From Wenzhouxiangellaceae bacterium (lineage in GTDB: Bacteria; Pseudomonadota; Gammaproteobacteria; Xanthomonadales; Wenzhouxiangellaceae), in NCBI GenBank assembly GCA_028289455.1, contig JANQPN010000074.1, forward strand, positions 2,147 to 66,146: a DNA stretch of 64,000 nt. Direction: 5' to 3'. Below the pieces are notes generated by a model. It was not told the origin of the DNA, ran no database searches, and was given only the letters and a program-made list of their open reading frames with translations. This document shows, piece by piece, positions 55,392-64,000 of the stretch; the stretch's first letter is position 1; each line of letters starts with the position of its first letter. The translations under genes and the position numbers were made by a program.

Positions 55392-56372
55392 ATGAATCAG
55401 CACATTGCAATGCCTTATGGGTTCTCCGTCAAACATGATGGAATGCTTAAATACCTGATTGTCCTTTTGCTGCTGTGTAGCCTCTTTGTTGCCGGCTGCT
55501 GGCAGGATAATCAACAGGAGCAGGAAGATGGTGGTGCACTGAGAGCCCCGACAGCCACTTTCAGTAATGCCAGCATTGTTACCGGATACACTCTGCCGGT
55601 TGCTGCATCAACTATTCAATCCGGTGATGTAACACTCACCATCAGGCCACCGGCAGCGGCCGCCAATGTAATCCCAACCATTGCCGGTGTTAATCGCGCC
55701 ACGATCGTTAATATCCGACGCGCAGCAGGCAGTATTACTTTTAATGTAAAAGGCACCAGTGCAACCCCTGCAAACATGCCCAACGGCGATACATTCGTTG
55801 AAGCCAGACTGGGAAATCAAGTGCTGGCACGCGCAAATATTGTGGTGGTAATCCCAACTGTCATCAGCAGACCTCATCCTACTTTTAACGGCAATGTGAA
55901 CGGTACCAACATCATCATGGATACCAATTCATCGCCAGCATTTTTTGGTGTGTTGCTACCAACCGATGTGAGACTCGCCACCACATACATTACTTTTCTG
56001 AAAATCACTGTAGATGATCAGTTCGGCTCTCCACTGGACCCAATCTATGCCGGCACACCGGTGACAGAACAAGGCGGCTTTATGATTAATCAGGCGATGC
56101 AGGCAAACGGCACCTATCAGGATCCAGTTGGCCTGGTGCTGGTTCAGCGGATGGCGGTTCCCAGAGAGAACCCTGCCGGTACAGACAATCCTCAACTGGC
56201 TGCACATCTGGCTGCCGCACCAGCGGCGCCCCGCAACTTCAATGAAACACAGACCAAACTGGTTCAGGTTGGCGGGCACTCATTGAATCAGGGTGTTACC
56301 AACAGAAAGGTAACCGTATCAACCATTGCCGGAAGCAATACCAAGGCACAGCTGGTGATTACCTGGCCTTAA
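55392..56372 (+). CDS. Hypothetical lipoprotein
   Basis: 326 aa with lipobox LFVAGC. The sequence is beta-rich (T/V/N/G). Confidence 0.65.
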   Translation: MNQHIAMPYGFSVKHDGMLKYLIVLLLLCSLFVAGCWQDNQQEQEDGGALRAPTATFSNASIVTGYTLPVAASTIQSGDVTLTIRPPAAAANVIPTIAGVNRATIVNIRRAAGSITFNVKGTSATPANMPNGDTFVEARLGNQVLARANIVVVIPTVISRPHPTFNGNVNGTNIIMDTNSSPAFFGVLLPTDVRLATTYITFLKITVDDQFGSPLDPIYAGTPVTEQGGFMINQAMQANGTYQDPVGLVLVQRMAVPRENPAGTDNPQLAAHLAAAPAAPRNFNETQTKLVQVGGHSLNQGVTNRKVTVSTIAGSNTKAQLVITWP

Positions 56373-56743
56373 CTGGCCGCCTCTAGATAATACTTGAATT
56401 CCAGCAGATTGCCTGCTGTGTCCTGAATGATAAATTTGCCCTGTTCTGAGGGCGTTCCTTGCTGCCTGATGACCGGCGGTAAAACAAAATCCAATGCGTT
56501 GGTTGTACAGTTGTCAATCAGCGCCAGCCATTCATGTTTTCCCAAAACAGGGCCGAAGTGATCGATGGCGACTGCCGGCATCAGATCACTCTGCTGATGC
56601 AAAGTCAGTTGGTGGCCAAAGAAATTGACATCAATCCAGGTTTCTCTGTCCCGCCCGGTTTCACAGCCGAGCACAGTTTGATAAAAGTTTTCAGCCTGCC
56701 GCAGATCAGGCACAACAGTAGATAAATGAAAAGGCTTCAACAT
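56369..56743 (-). CDS. VOC (glyoxalase/bleomycin-resistance/dioxygenase) family protein
   Basis: MLKPFHLSTVVPDLRQAENFYQTVLGCETG, 124 aa. Confidence 0.75.
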   Translation of the reverse strand: MLKPFHLSTVVPDLRQAENFYQTVLGCETGRDRETWIDVNFFGHQLTLHQQSDLMPAVAIDHFGPVLGKHEWLALIDNCTTNALDFVLPPVIRQQGTPSEQGKFIIQDTAGNLLEFKYYLEAAS

Positions 56744-56766
56744 ATTTTTCTTCTAATTATATTCAG

Positions 56767-57288
56767 TTACCAGGGCAATCCGCACAAATCAATCAGTTCG
56801 GGCTCAAACCAGGAACCTTCATTGGTCAACAGCATACAGTTGGCTGACCAAACCCTTATACCCCCGGGTTGTTTATAGCGAATTTCCGCACTGGTCAGCC
56901 GCCAGCCGAATTGCGCGTAGAATTCTACCAGCTGATCTGCACACAGCAACAAGCCGTATTCTGCTTTGAACTGGTTGAACCAAAGCTTTTGAGTGTTTTC
57001 CAGTAAATGCGATGCCACCCGGCGACCCCGAAAAGCCGGCAGGGTGATCATATTATTCAATCCGGCGAGCATAACCGGTTTGCCGTCAAACTCAGCTTTG
57101 CGTAGTACCAGGTTATAACAGCCGGCCAGTTCATTTTCATAACTGCACAGAAATACCCAGTTTGGACTCGCCCATTCGGTGTTGCGGACAATATCAAAAC
57201 CACCGAACTCATCATCAGCCAGCGCTATGAGACGGTGCCGCTCTTCTGGATTTAAATCATCATAAGATTTTGAGGTAACCTCGAGCAC
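56767..57288 (-). CDS. GNAT family N-acetyltransferase
   Basis: 173 aa with an acetyl-CoA motif region (ITLPAFRGRRVASHLL). Confidence 0.75.
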   Translation of the reverse strand: MLEVTSKSYDDLNPEERHRLIALADDEFGGFDIVRNTEWASPNWVFLCSYENELAGCYNLVLRKAEFDGKPVMLAGLNNMITLPAFRGRRVASHLLENTQKLWFNQFKAEYGLLLCADQLVEFYAQFGWRLTSAEIRYKQPGGIRVWSANCMLLTNEGSWFEPELIDLCGLPW

Positions 57289-57294
57289 AGGTGC

Positions 57295-57969
57295 TTACTG
57301 CCCAGTCATGACACGATAAATCGCCTGAATATGCGCATCTGCACAATCCAGCACTGGAAAGCCGCAATCATGGCCGGCAAACGCCAGAAACAGATCTGTA
57401 CCGCCCAGAACCACTATATCCGCACCCTGCTCCACACAGAGCTTTCGACCTATGCCAAACAGCGTTTCACGTTGCTGCTCATTAGCCTGACCGGCCTTAG
57501 CCATACCAATATAGGCTGCATGAGCAGGTTCTATTTCGTCAGGCTCGGGCAGGACTACCTCAAAACCAGACAGTCCACCATACAATCCTGAATTCATTAC
57601 CACCTGAGTCCCAAGCAACCCAACCCGTCGGCAACCGCGCTGATCAAGCTCACCAGCAACAGCCGGAATGGCATTGATGATCGGCAGTGGCGATATTGGT
57701 GCAAAGGCATCTATGCAGAAATGACCGGCCAGCGAGGTGATCGCAAGTGACCTTGCTCCGGCGGCTTTGAGCTGCAGCCCCAGCGACAAAAATTCCCTGG
57801 CCTGCCGGTCAGCCGAGCCGGATTGTATGTTATCCATCAAGACAGTCATCTGGGCATGCGCCATCGTGAGCTGCATCTGAAATCCATCTTCAGTACTCGC
57901 ATCACATAACTGCCGGTAATAATAGGCCGCAGCGGCAGGACCGATGCCTCCAATTAAGCCTATATGCAT
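57295..57969 (-). CDS. Aspartate/glutamate racemase family protein
   Basis: MHIGLIGGIGPAAAAYYY and IVVLGGTDL. Confidence 0.75.
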   Translation of the reverse strand: MHIGLIGGIGPAAAAYYYRQLCDASTEDGFQMQLTMAHAQMTVLMDNIQSGSADRQAREFLSLGLQLKAAGARSLAITSLAGHFCIDAFAPISPLPIINAIPAVAGELDQRGCRRVGLLGTQVVMNSGLYGGLSGFEVVLPEPDEIEPAHAAYIGMAKAGQANEQQRETLFGIGRKLCVEQGADIVVLGGTDLFLAFAGHDCGFPVLDCADAHIQAIYRVMTGQ

Positions 57970-58015
57970 ATCAATGTTTCCTTGTGTGAATAGTGATGAT
58001 GAATTCCAACCTATT

Positions 58016-59497
58016 TTAGTGCCTGCCGAGCATCCTGCTAAGCAATCGATAGCATTCTGCCAATCGCATCACACCTTGTGTCACTGCACTTTGTTCCAGT
58101 CCGGAAAATCCCATTAGCCAGCCGCATCTATCAGGCTTTTCCAGGTAATAAGGTTCAATCGGGTAAATGCCGACGTGTTGTTTTCTGCAGTCACTGATTA
58201 GCTGTTCGATGAAACCAGGTTGGTTTTGTTTTGACCATACCACTACATGAGTGCCTGCGTTGGAGCCACTGATTTCCACATGGTCACCAAGATGATCACG
58301 GAGACCATCGACCAGCAGCTGCCGGTTTACGGCATAACGCCGGTTCATTCTTCGCAAATGCCGTTCATAACCACCTGACTCAATAAACCTGGCCATAACC
58401 CTCTGATATATAACGGGGTTACCGCGGTCAATCAGCCATTTCATATCGCCAAATGGTTCCACCAACTGAGGTGGTAAAGCCATGTATCCGATCCGCAAAC
58501 TGGGAAACAATGACTTGGCCAGCGTCCCCAGATAAATCACCGGGCCGGCCTGACTGAGGCTGGCAATGGCTTCGAGTGGACGACAGTCATAACGGAACTC
58601 GCTGTCGTAATCGTCTTCAATGATGTACGTGCTGGTTTGAACCGCCCAGTTGATCAGTTCCAGCCGGCGCCCTACCGGCATAACCACGCCAGTCGGGAAC
58701 TGATGTGAGGGCGTTACGTAAACCAGTTTCGCTGTATCAGCAGTTGCATTCAGGCTGGCAGAATTCAATCCGTATTGATCTACCACTGCAGGAATAATAT
58801 CAGCGCCTACCGCTTCAAATGCCTGTCTGGCACCCTGGTAAGCCGGCTCTTCCAGAACCACCTGATCACCCGGGTCCAGAAAAACCCGGGCACATATATC
58901 CAGCGCCTGCTGAGAACCGCTGGTAATGATGATCTGCTCCGGGCTGACCGTCACCGCTCTATGCCGTTGCAGATGTCCGGCCAGCTGCTGTCTCAACAGC
59001 GTGTCGCCGGCTGGGTCGCCATAATCAAAAGCATCATCATTGATTACTTTGGAATGCAACCGCTCCAGTTCCTGGACAGTTTCACGATCCGGCCGGGTAA
59101 CGCCATATTCAAAATCAAAACGCAGATCACGTTTAAAACAGGCCAGCCCTCGGCCTTCACGCGCAGCTTTTGATGCTCTAAGACCATTCCTGGATAATTG
59201 AGCTGTCATTGCCGGAGGTTGTATACCAGTATTACCGGGCTGCTCCGCCAGCAACATGTCATCGGGCAATTTATCAGATACAAAAGTACCCGATTTCAAC
59301 CGGGTAACCAGATAACCTTCCGCCAGCAGCTGATCATAGGCGGCCAATACGGCATTTCTGGAAACTTTCAATTGTCTGGCCAGTTCCCTGCTCCCCGGTA
59401 ATCGAGCACCCCGCCGGTAATCCTGCTGACGGATGGAACGTCTCAGCCCGCGACTTAGCTGTTGATACAGAGGACCGTTACCATCCAGGCTAATCAT
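58016..59497 (-). CDS. MocR/PdxR-type regulator (GntR HTH fused to a fold-type I aminotransferase domain)
   Basis: It has an N-terminal GntR HTH (LPGSRELARQLKVSRNAVLAAYDQLLAEGYL) and a large aminotransferase-like C-terminal domain (YVTPSHQFPTG). It is divergent from a PNPOx-like gene. Confidence 0.85.
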   Translation of the reverse strand: MISLDGNGPLYQQLSRGLRRSIRQQDYRRGARLPGSRELARQLKVSRNAVLAAYDQLLAEGYLVTRLKSGTFVSDKLPDDMLLAEQPGNTGIQPPAMTAQLSRNGLRASKAAREGRGLACFKRDLRFDFEYGVTRPDRETVQELERLHSKVINDDAFDYGDPAGDTLLRQQLAGHLQRHRAVTVSPEQIIITSGSQQALDICARVFLDPGDQVVLEEPAYQGARQAFEAVGADIIPAVVDQYGLNSASLNATADTAKLVYVTPSHQFPTGVVMPVGRRLELINWAVQTSTYIIEDDYDSEFRYDCRPLEAIASLSQAGPVIYLGTLAKSLFPSLRIGYMALPPQLVEPFGDMKWLIDRGNPVIYQRVMARFIESGGYERHLRRMNRRYAVNRQLLVDGLRDHLGDHVEISGSNAGTHVVVWSKQNQPGFIEQLISDCRKQHVGIYPIEPYYLEKPDRCGWLMGFSGLEQSAVTQGVMRLAECYRLLSRMLGRH

Positions 59498-59593
59498 TTC
59501 AACTGGTACCTTTGATTAATCAAAAACTGGACCTTTTATAGAACCAATAATCAGCATAGCATTTACCTCAGATAACAACCAGAGTCATTGCCC

Positions 59594-60256
59594 ATGACAG
59601 CCGATCTAAAGCAGACACCAAAAAACAAACTCAAGCGCCTGCCGGAACGAGGCAGCTACGACCGTGAAAAGGCCTATGCCATTCTGGATGAAGGCTTGAT
59701 TTGTCACGCCGGCTTTGCAATGGGCGAAGATATTTTTGTTATCCCGATGGCTTATGCCCGCATGGGTGATGTACTGGTGATGCACGGTTCAGTTGCCAGC
59801 CGGCTGGCAAAAACACTTAGCACAGGCATCAATATGAGCGTCTGCGTTACTCATCTGGACGGACTGGTACTGGCCAGATCGCAATTCGAAAGCTCAATGA
59901 ATTATCGCTCTGTGGTGGCGTTCGGTAATGCGGTTGCAATAATTGATGAGGATGAGAAGAATCAGGCACTTAAAGCATTAACCGAACACCTGGTGCCCGG
60001 TCGCTGGTCAGACTCCCGTCAACCCAATCGTAAAGAACTGGGTGCTACCACTGTGCTGACCATGCCGCTGCAGGAAGCCAGCATCAAAGTTCGCACAGGT
60101 CCTCCCAAGGACCTTGAAAAAGACATGGATTTTCCATCCTGGGCCGGTGTTGTTCCTCTGAAAGTGGTTACTGGCACACCTATACCTGACCCGACTCAGG
60201 ATAGCAGCGTTACACCGCCAGAGTATGTCACTAACTATCAACGTCCTACCCGCTGA
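59594..60256 (+). CDS. Pyridoxamine 5'-phosphate oxidase-like FMN-binding protein
   Basis: LKRLPERGSYDREKAYAILDEGLICHAGF is typical of the Pyridox_ox_2 group. Confidence 0.7.
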   Translation: MTADLKQTPKNKLKRLPERGSYDREKAYAILDEGLICHAGFAMGEDIFVIPMAYARMGDVLVMHGSVASRLAKTLSTGINMSVCVTHLDGLVLARSQFESSMNYRSVVAFGNAVAIIDEDEKNQALKALTEHLVPGRWSDSRQPNRKELGATTVLTMPLQEASIKVRTGPPKDLEKDMDFPSWAGVVPLKVVTGTPIPDPTQDSSVTPPEYVTNYQRPTR

Positions 60257-60285
60257 ATAATCCAGCGCTCGCCCAGGAAAGTCAT

Positions 60286-60960
60286 ATGTCCATCAAGCTC
60301 TATTCCGGTCCATTAAGCCTGTTCTCGCACAAGGTGGAAATCGTATTGCGTGAAAAGAAGCTGCCGTTTGAACGTGAAATGGTCCCATTCAATCAGGCAA
60401 CCGGTTATTCACCCAAGCACCCGGAGGTGCTGAAGCATAATCCCAAAGGCCAGGTGCCGGTATTGATTGATGATGATCTGGTGCTGTTTGATTCAACACT
60501 GATTATTGAATACCTGGAAGATGCCTATCCCGAGCCGGCATTACTACCCAAGGATCCAAAAATGCGGGCGCAATGCCGGTTACTGGAGTTGCAGGCTGAT
60601 GAAGTTTTATTGCCGCTGGTAGTCAAATTGATGTATCGAACAGACCCGCCAAACCCAGATGCTGATCCGGTATTACAAGAACAGAAAGAAACCGAGGGAG
60701 CTTTGGCTGAAAGAGAAATTGAAGGGTTTTATCGGCAACTTGATGAAAGGTTAATCGACAGAAATTATTTCTTCGGTCAGTTTTCAGCCGCTGATATAGC
60801 TATGTTTATGACCGTGTTGTTTGTCCTGAGGTTACAAGGCGCGGATTTGAGCGGCTTTAATCGTCTGTCTGTATGGTATGAGCGAGTGATGAGTCGGCCG
60901 AGTGTTAAACCGGTTGCCGAAGGCGTAGCGAAAGCGGATCAGGTTCTATCAGAGCATTAG
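60286..60960 (+). CDS. Glutathione S-transferase family protein
   Basis: IKLYSGPLSLFSHKVEIVLREKKLPFE, an N-terminal thioredoxin-like fold and a helical C-terminal domain. Confidence 0.8.
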   Translation: MSIKLYSGPLSLFSHKVEIVLREKKLPFEREMVPFNQATGYSPKHPEVLKHNPKGQVPVLIDDDLVLFDSTLIIEYLEDAYPEPALLPKDPKMRAQCRLLELQADEVLLPLVVKLMYRTDPPNPDADPVLQEQKETEGALAEREIEGFYRQLDERLIDRNYFFGQFSAADIAMFMTVLFVLRLQGADLSGFNRLSVWYERVMSRPSVKPVAEGVAKADQVLSEH

Positions 60961-61017
60961 GCTTTCGATTCATTCTCAGACCAGTATTGCGAGTACCTCC
61001 CAGAGGGTTAATTAGAG

Positions 61018-61719
61018 TTACTGAGTATCTATTACGGTCAATGTATTCCTAATACGATTGAGCAGCCCCTCTTCAATTGTCGGCCAATCCGGTGAATCCG
61101 TAGTCAGCTCATCAAGTTCTTGCTCGCTAAACCCCTGTTCAGACAAATCATCAATGAAAATAATCATTAACTCTTTTTTTCTGGTTTCATCAGTCAGATA
61201 TACAAGGCGGGCATAACTGAAATGCGGTGGAAAAGTGTAACCTTTGCTTGCCAGGAATTGCCTGGCCAAAGCACCATCAGTGCCCGGTCGCCGTCGGCGG
61301 TTGGGATCATACTCAACCACATACGTATCAATAAAGAACTCAAAACCATCGATGGTTTCCCGCAATGGCGAATCATCGTAGTCATATGAAAAAGGCTGAC
61401 CGGGCAAATAGGCTTCATATTGAACCCAGTAGACGCTCTTTAATTTGTCCTCACTGGTGGTTTCTACAAAAAAATGCTGTTCGGTATCTGCATTTCCATA
61501 AAGAATAAATTTCTGACCTCCAATATGCTGATATGCAGAGTCAAAACGCAACGTGGCAGCCGGATCATGTGTGGATATCAGATCAGAACCGGAGACTGTC
61601 CTGCTGAGACCACTGTATTCAGGCTCCGTAGTGAACCTTCCTCGATCTGAGTAATACCAGTGGGCAATACTCACACTGATAACAACAAACACGAGAATTA
61701 TTAGAATAACTTTTTTCAT
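61018..61719 (-). CDS. Hypothetical membrane-anchored protein
   Basis: 233 aa with an N-terminal TM helix (MKKVILIILVFVVISVSIAHWYY). I see no recognisable motif. Confidence 0.6.
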   Translation of the reverse strand: MKKVILIILVFVVISVSIAHWYYSDRGRFTTEPEYSGLSRTVSGSDLISTHDPAATLRFDSAYQHIGGQKFILYGNADTEQHFFVETTSEDKLKSVYWVQYEAYLPGQPFSYDYDDSPLRETIDGFEFFIDTYVVEYDPNRRRRPGTDGALARQFLASKGYTFPPHFSYARLVYLTDETRKKELMIIFIDDLSEQGFSEQELDELTTDSPDWPTIEEGLLNRIRNTLTVIDTQ

Positions 61720-61790
61720 AAGTAATTGCTGCTACCCATACAAACCAGTGCAGACCACATAAAACCAGCAACTTTGCGCTTAGACGCCAG

Positions 61791-63425
61791 TTACTCGAAG
61801 CCATTTATAAAGAAAACCTCTTCTAAACCACCATAGATAACATATAGCTCACCAGCCTCATCTCTTCCATCCGGATCTGCTTCAAAAGCACTAATTATAA
61901 AGTCATCAACACCATCTCTATTCATATCACCAATTTTGGTAGAAAGAGATACTGAATCAAAAGGATCAATACCATGATATATAACACTGTCAATATCATC
62001 TAAATTACTTAATTCGATAGCATCAGGGAGATTTGCTCCTCCGTGTATCAAATATATTTTTCCTGCATTGATATTGCCATTTGGCTCTGCACCACCTGCA
62101 CCAATTATAATGTCGTCGAAACCATCAGCATTCACATCACCTGCTGCATTAACATTTCCTGAAAAATCAGATTCTGCAGCGCCATTAATAATTACACCGT
62201 TTACAAAATTGATGTTATTTATTTCTGGTAAGTTAAACTCCGAGGGGAGGTTTTCGCTTCCATATATCAAATAACTTTGGCCTGAAGCGTTTGCATTATT
62301 GGGGCTCGCTAGAGTAGCCCCTATTAAAATATCATCAAGCCCATCATCATTCACATCACCAGCGTTACTAATCGAAGAACCACTTTGATTACCTTCTTGA
62401 GTCCCGGTAATAAGCACACCACTAGCGCTACCGGGCTGATTAAGCTCGCTTAAATCAATTTCATTTGGTAAGTTTTCACTTCCATAAATAATAAAAATCC
62501 CACCAACATTTGGCAATGAATCAACTTCAAGGTTAGGCGTGGATGTTAAAATATCTGAAATACCATCGCCATTAATATCCCCTATAAAATTTACAGGATT
62601 CGTTCTAAACGCTATCGTTGCTCCAATACCATAAAGAACAACACCGCCATTTTGATCGATAACATATTGATTTAAATCAATAGTTTCTGGTAATTGATCA
62701 CTGCCAAAAATAATAAATGTATGATCAACTAATTCTCCGGTTATTGGATGTTCAGCGCGAGTTCCTAAAATTAAATCGTTAACACCATCATTATTAAAAT
62801 CACCCCCACCATCTATACTATTACCAAGCCTGCCTAATGAATTAAAGCCATTGATCAAAATACCTGGTACTCCATTTTCTAAATTCAGCAAACTCACATT
62901 TATTATTTCGGGAAAGTTTTTCTGCCCATAGACGACATACACTTCTCCTGCGGTTAGCATCCCACCTGGGTCCGCCATGTCTGCACCTATCGCAATATCA
63001 TCTATTCCATCATTATTGATATCACCTGCATTAGATACAGTAATACCTAACACATCATTCATATCAATTCCGTTTATTGTGATTCCTGCTAATGAGGGGT
63101 TTGTTGGATTTAGATTTGTAAGTTCTATTACAGGTGGGAGAGACTCATTTCCATAAATGACATAGGCTTGCCCTGAACCAAAAACATTATTTGGATCAGC
63201 AAATGGCGCGCCGATTAATATATCAGGCATTCCATCACCGTTAACATCACCAGAAAAACTAACACTTCTTCCAGCCTCATCACCATTAAAAACCCCATTT
63301 ATTAATATCCCTGTCGGACCATCAGGTTGATTAAGCATGTTAAGCTCAAAGATTCTTGGAAATACCTGCGTATATCCAATAGAACAGTAAAGAAGGCATG
63401 AAAGTATAAATAGCTGATACTTCAT
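61791..63425 (-). CDS. Exported FG-GAP repeat (integrin-alpha-like beta-propeller) protein
   Basis: Repeated GD(V/I)N(G/D/N)DG.(D/P)D(I/L).IG... units are each followed by G..Y(V/L)IYG. The start is uncertain (63452 or MKYQLFILSCLL at 63425). The gene is AT-rich (hand counts 23/60 and 18/60 G+C). Confidence 0.85.
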   Translation of the reverse strand: MKYQLFILSCLLYCSIGYTQVFPRIFELNMLNQPDGPTGILINGVFNGDEAGRSVSFSGDVNGDGMPDILIGAPFADPNNVFGSGQAYVIYGNESLPPVIELTNLNPTNPSLAGITINGIDMNDVLGITVSNAGDINNDGIDDIAIGADMADPGGMLTAGEVYVVYGQKNFPEIINVSLLNLENGVPGILINGFNSLGRLGNSIDGGGDFNNDGVNDLILGTRAEHPITGELVDHTFIIFGSDQLPETIDLNQYVIDQNGGVVLYGIGATIAFRTNPVNFIGDINGDGISDILTSTPNLEVDSLPNVGGIFIIYGSENLPNEIDLSELNQPGSASGVLITGTQEGNQSGSSISNAGDVNDDGLDDILIGATLASPNNANASGQSYLIYGSENLPSEFNLPEINNINFVNGVIINGAAESDFSGNVNAAGDVNADGFDDIIIGAGGAEPNGNINAGKIYLIHGGANLPDAIELSNLDDIDSVIYHGIDPFDSVSLSTKIGDMNRDGVDDFIISAFEADPDGRDEAGELYVIYGGLEEVFFINGFE

Positions 63426-63458
63426 TCTAAATACATAATTCATCACAAACACTTAACT

Positions 63459-64000
63459 TTACCGAATAGCCCCAACAATTCTCTCAGCCAGCTCCTCACT
63501 AATCCCGGGGACCTGCATAACCTCTTCCACCCCAGCCTTTTTTAACCCCTGCAACCCGCCAAAATGCTGCAACAACTCCCGTCGGCGCTTCGGGCCGATT
63601 CCCGGAATTTCCTGTAATGCAGAAGTGGTTCTCGCTCTGCTGCGGCGCTGACGATGCCCGGTAATGGCAAAGCGATGCGCTTCATCACGAATCTGTTGGA
63701 TCAGGTGAGCGGCCACAGATGAAGGCTCAGGCTTAATTTCAGGCTGTGGCGGCGGCATTATCCAGCGTTCATAGCCGGAGCGGCGGGTTCGGCCTTTGGC
63801 CACGCCCATCACCAGCAGATGCTGCAACTCCAACTCTGCCAACACTTCCAATGCCTGCTGTACCTGGCCGGCGCCACCATCAACCACTATCAGATCCGGT
63901 AACTGGGCGCCTTCCTTTTGCTGGCGTTTATATCGCCGCAGTAACACCTGCCGCATAGCCGCATAGTCATCGCCGGCAGGAATGTCTTTTATGTTGAATC
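63459..64000 (-). CDS. uvrC: Excinuclease ABC subunit C, C-terminal part (5' end beyond the right window edge)
   Basis: IRDEAHRFAITGHRQRR and a C-terminal (HhH)2 region (LQEIPGIGPKRRRELLQHFGGLQGLKKAGVEEVMQVPGIS). The frame stays open to position 64000. Confidence 0.9.
   Translation of the reverse strand, partial: FNIKDIPAGDDYAAMRQVLLRRYKRQQKEGAQLPDLIVVDGGAGQVQQALEVLAELELQHLLVMGVAKGRTRRSGYERWIMPPPQPEIKPEPSSVAAHLIQQIRDEAHRFAITGHRQRRSRARTTSALQEIPGIGPKRRRELLQHFGGLQGLKKAGVEEVMQVPGISEELAERIVGAIR

Overview
This looks like a chromosomal segment from a gammaproteobacterium. The evidence is uvrC...pgsA, a ygfZ / sdhE / ygfX-type neighbourhood and sdhCDAB. G+C looks mid-range by eye. I found no rRNA, tRNA, CRISPR array, transposase or integrase.

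**1-21.9 kb (accessory-looking).** This block encodes almost only exported proteins.
- There are two tandem, diverged copies of a three-gene cassette on the minus strand: helical protein B, paralogous helical protein A, then a giant Calx-beta/BACON-like protein.
- Copy 1 of the giant gene runs off the left edge and is missing from the ORF track.
- Three paralogous ELWxxDGT-motif proteins flank a TonB-dependent receptor.
- I cannot assign the A/B proteins to any named family. Their central helix covaries within each cassette.

**Regulatory element.** An array GTTC-N7-GTTC-N8-GTTC-N7-GTTC occurs three times with identical spacing.
- It sits upstream of an SRAP/YedK-like gene, a Y-family DNA polymerase and an RND efflux pair.
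- It resembles the alphaproteobacterial type of LexA operator rather than the gammaproteobacterial palindrome.
- An orphan intrinsic terminator lies between the first array and the SRAP start codon.

**Low-GC islands.**
- A single-gene island at 25.8-27.2 kb encodes a standalone SIR2-like protein. It sits next to a 25-nt duplicate of the polymerase 3' coding sequence.
- A second AT-rich gene (FG-GAP) abuts uvrC, at the edge of about 12.3 kb that separates uvrC from pgsA.

**Housekeeping and remainder.**
- An SDH operon carries both SDHAF4-like (DUF1674) and SdhE assembly factors.
- An arsR-arsC-MIP channel operon is present.
- The rest is RND efflux and assorted enzymes.

All functional calls come from motifs read by eye. 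No database search was run.
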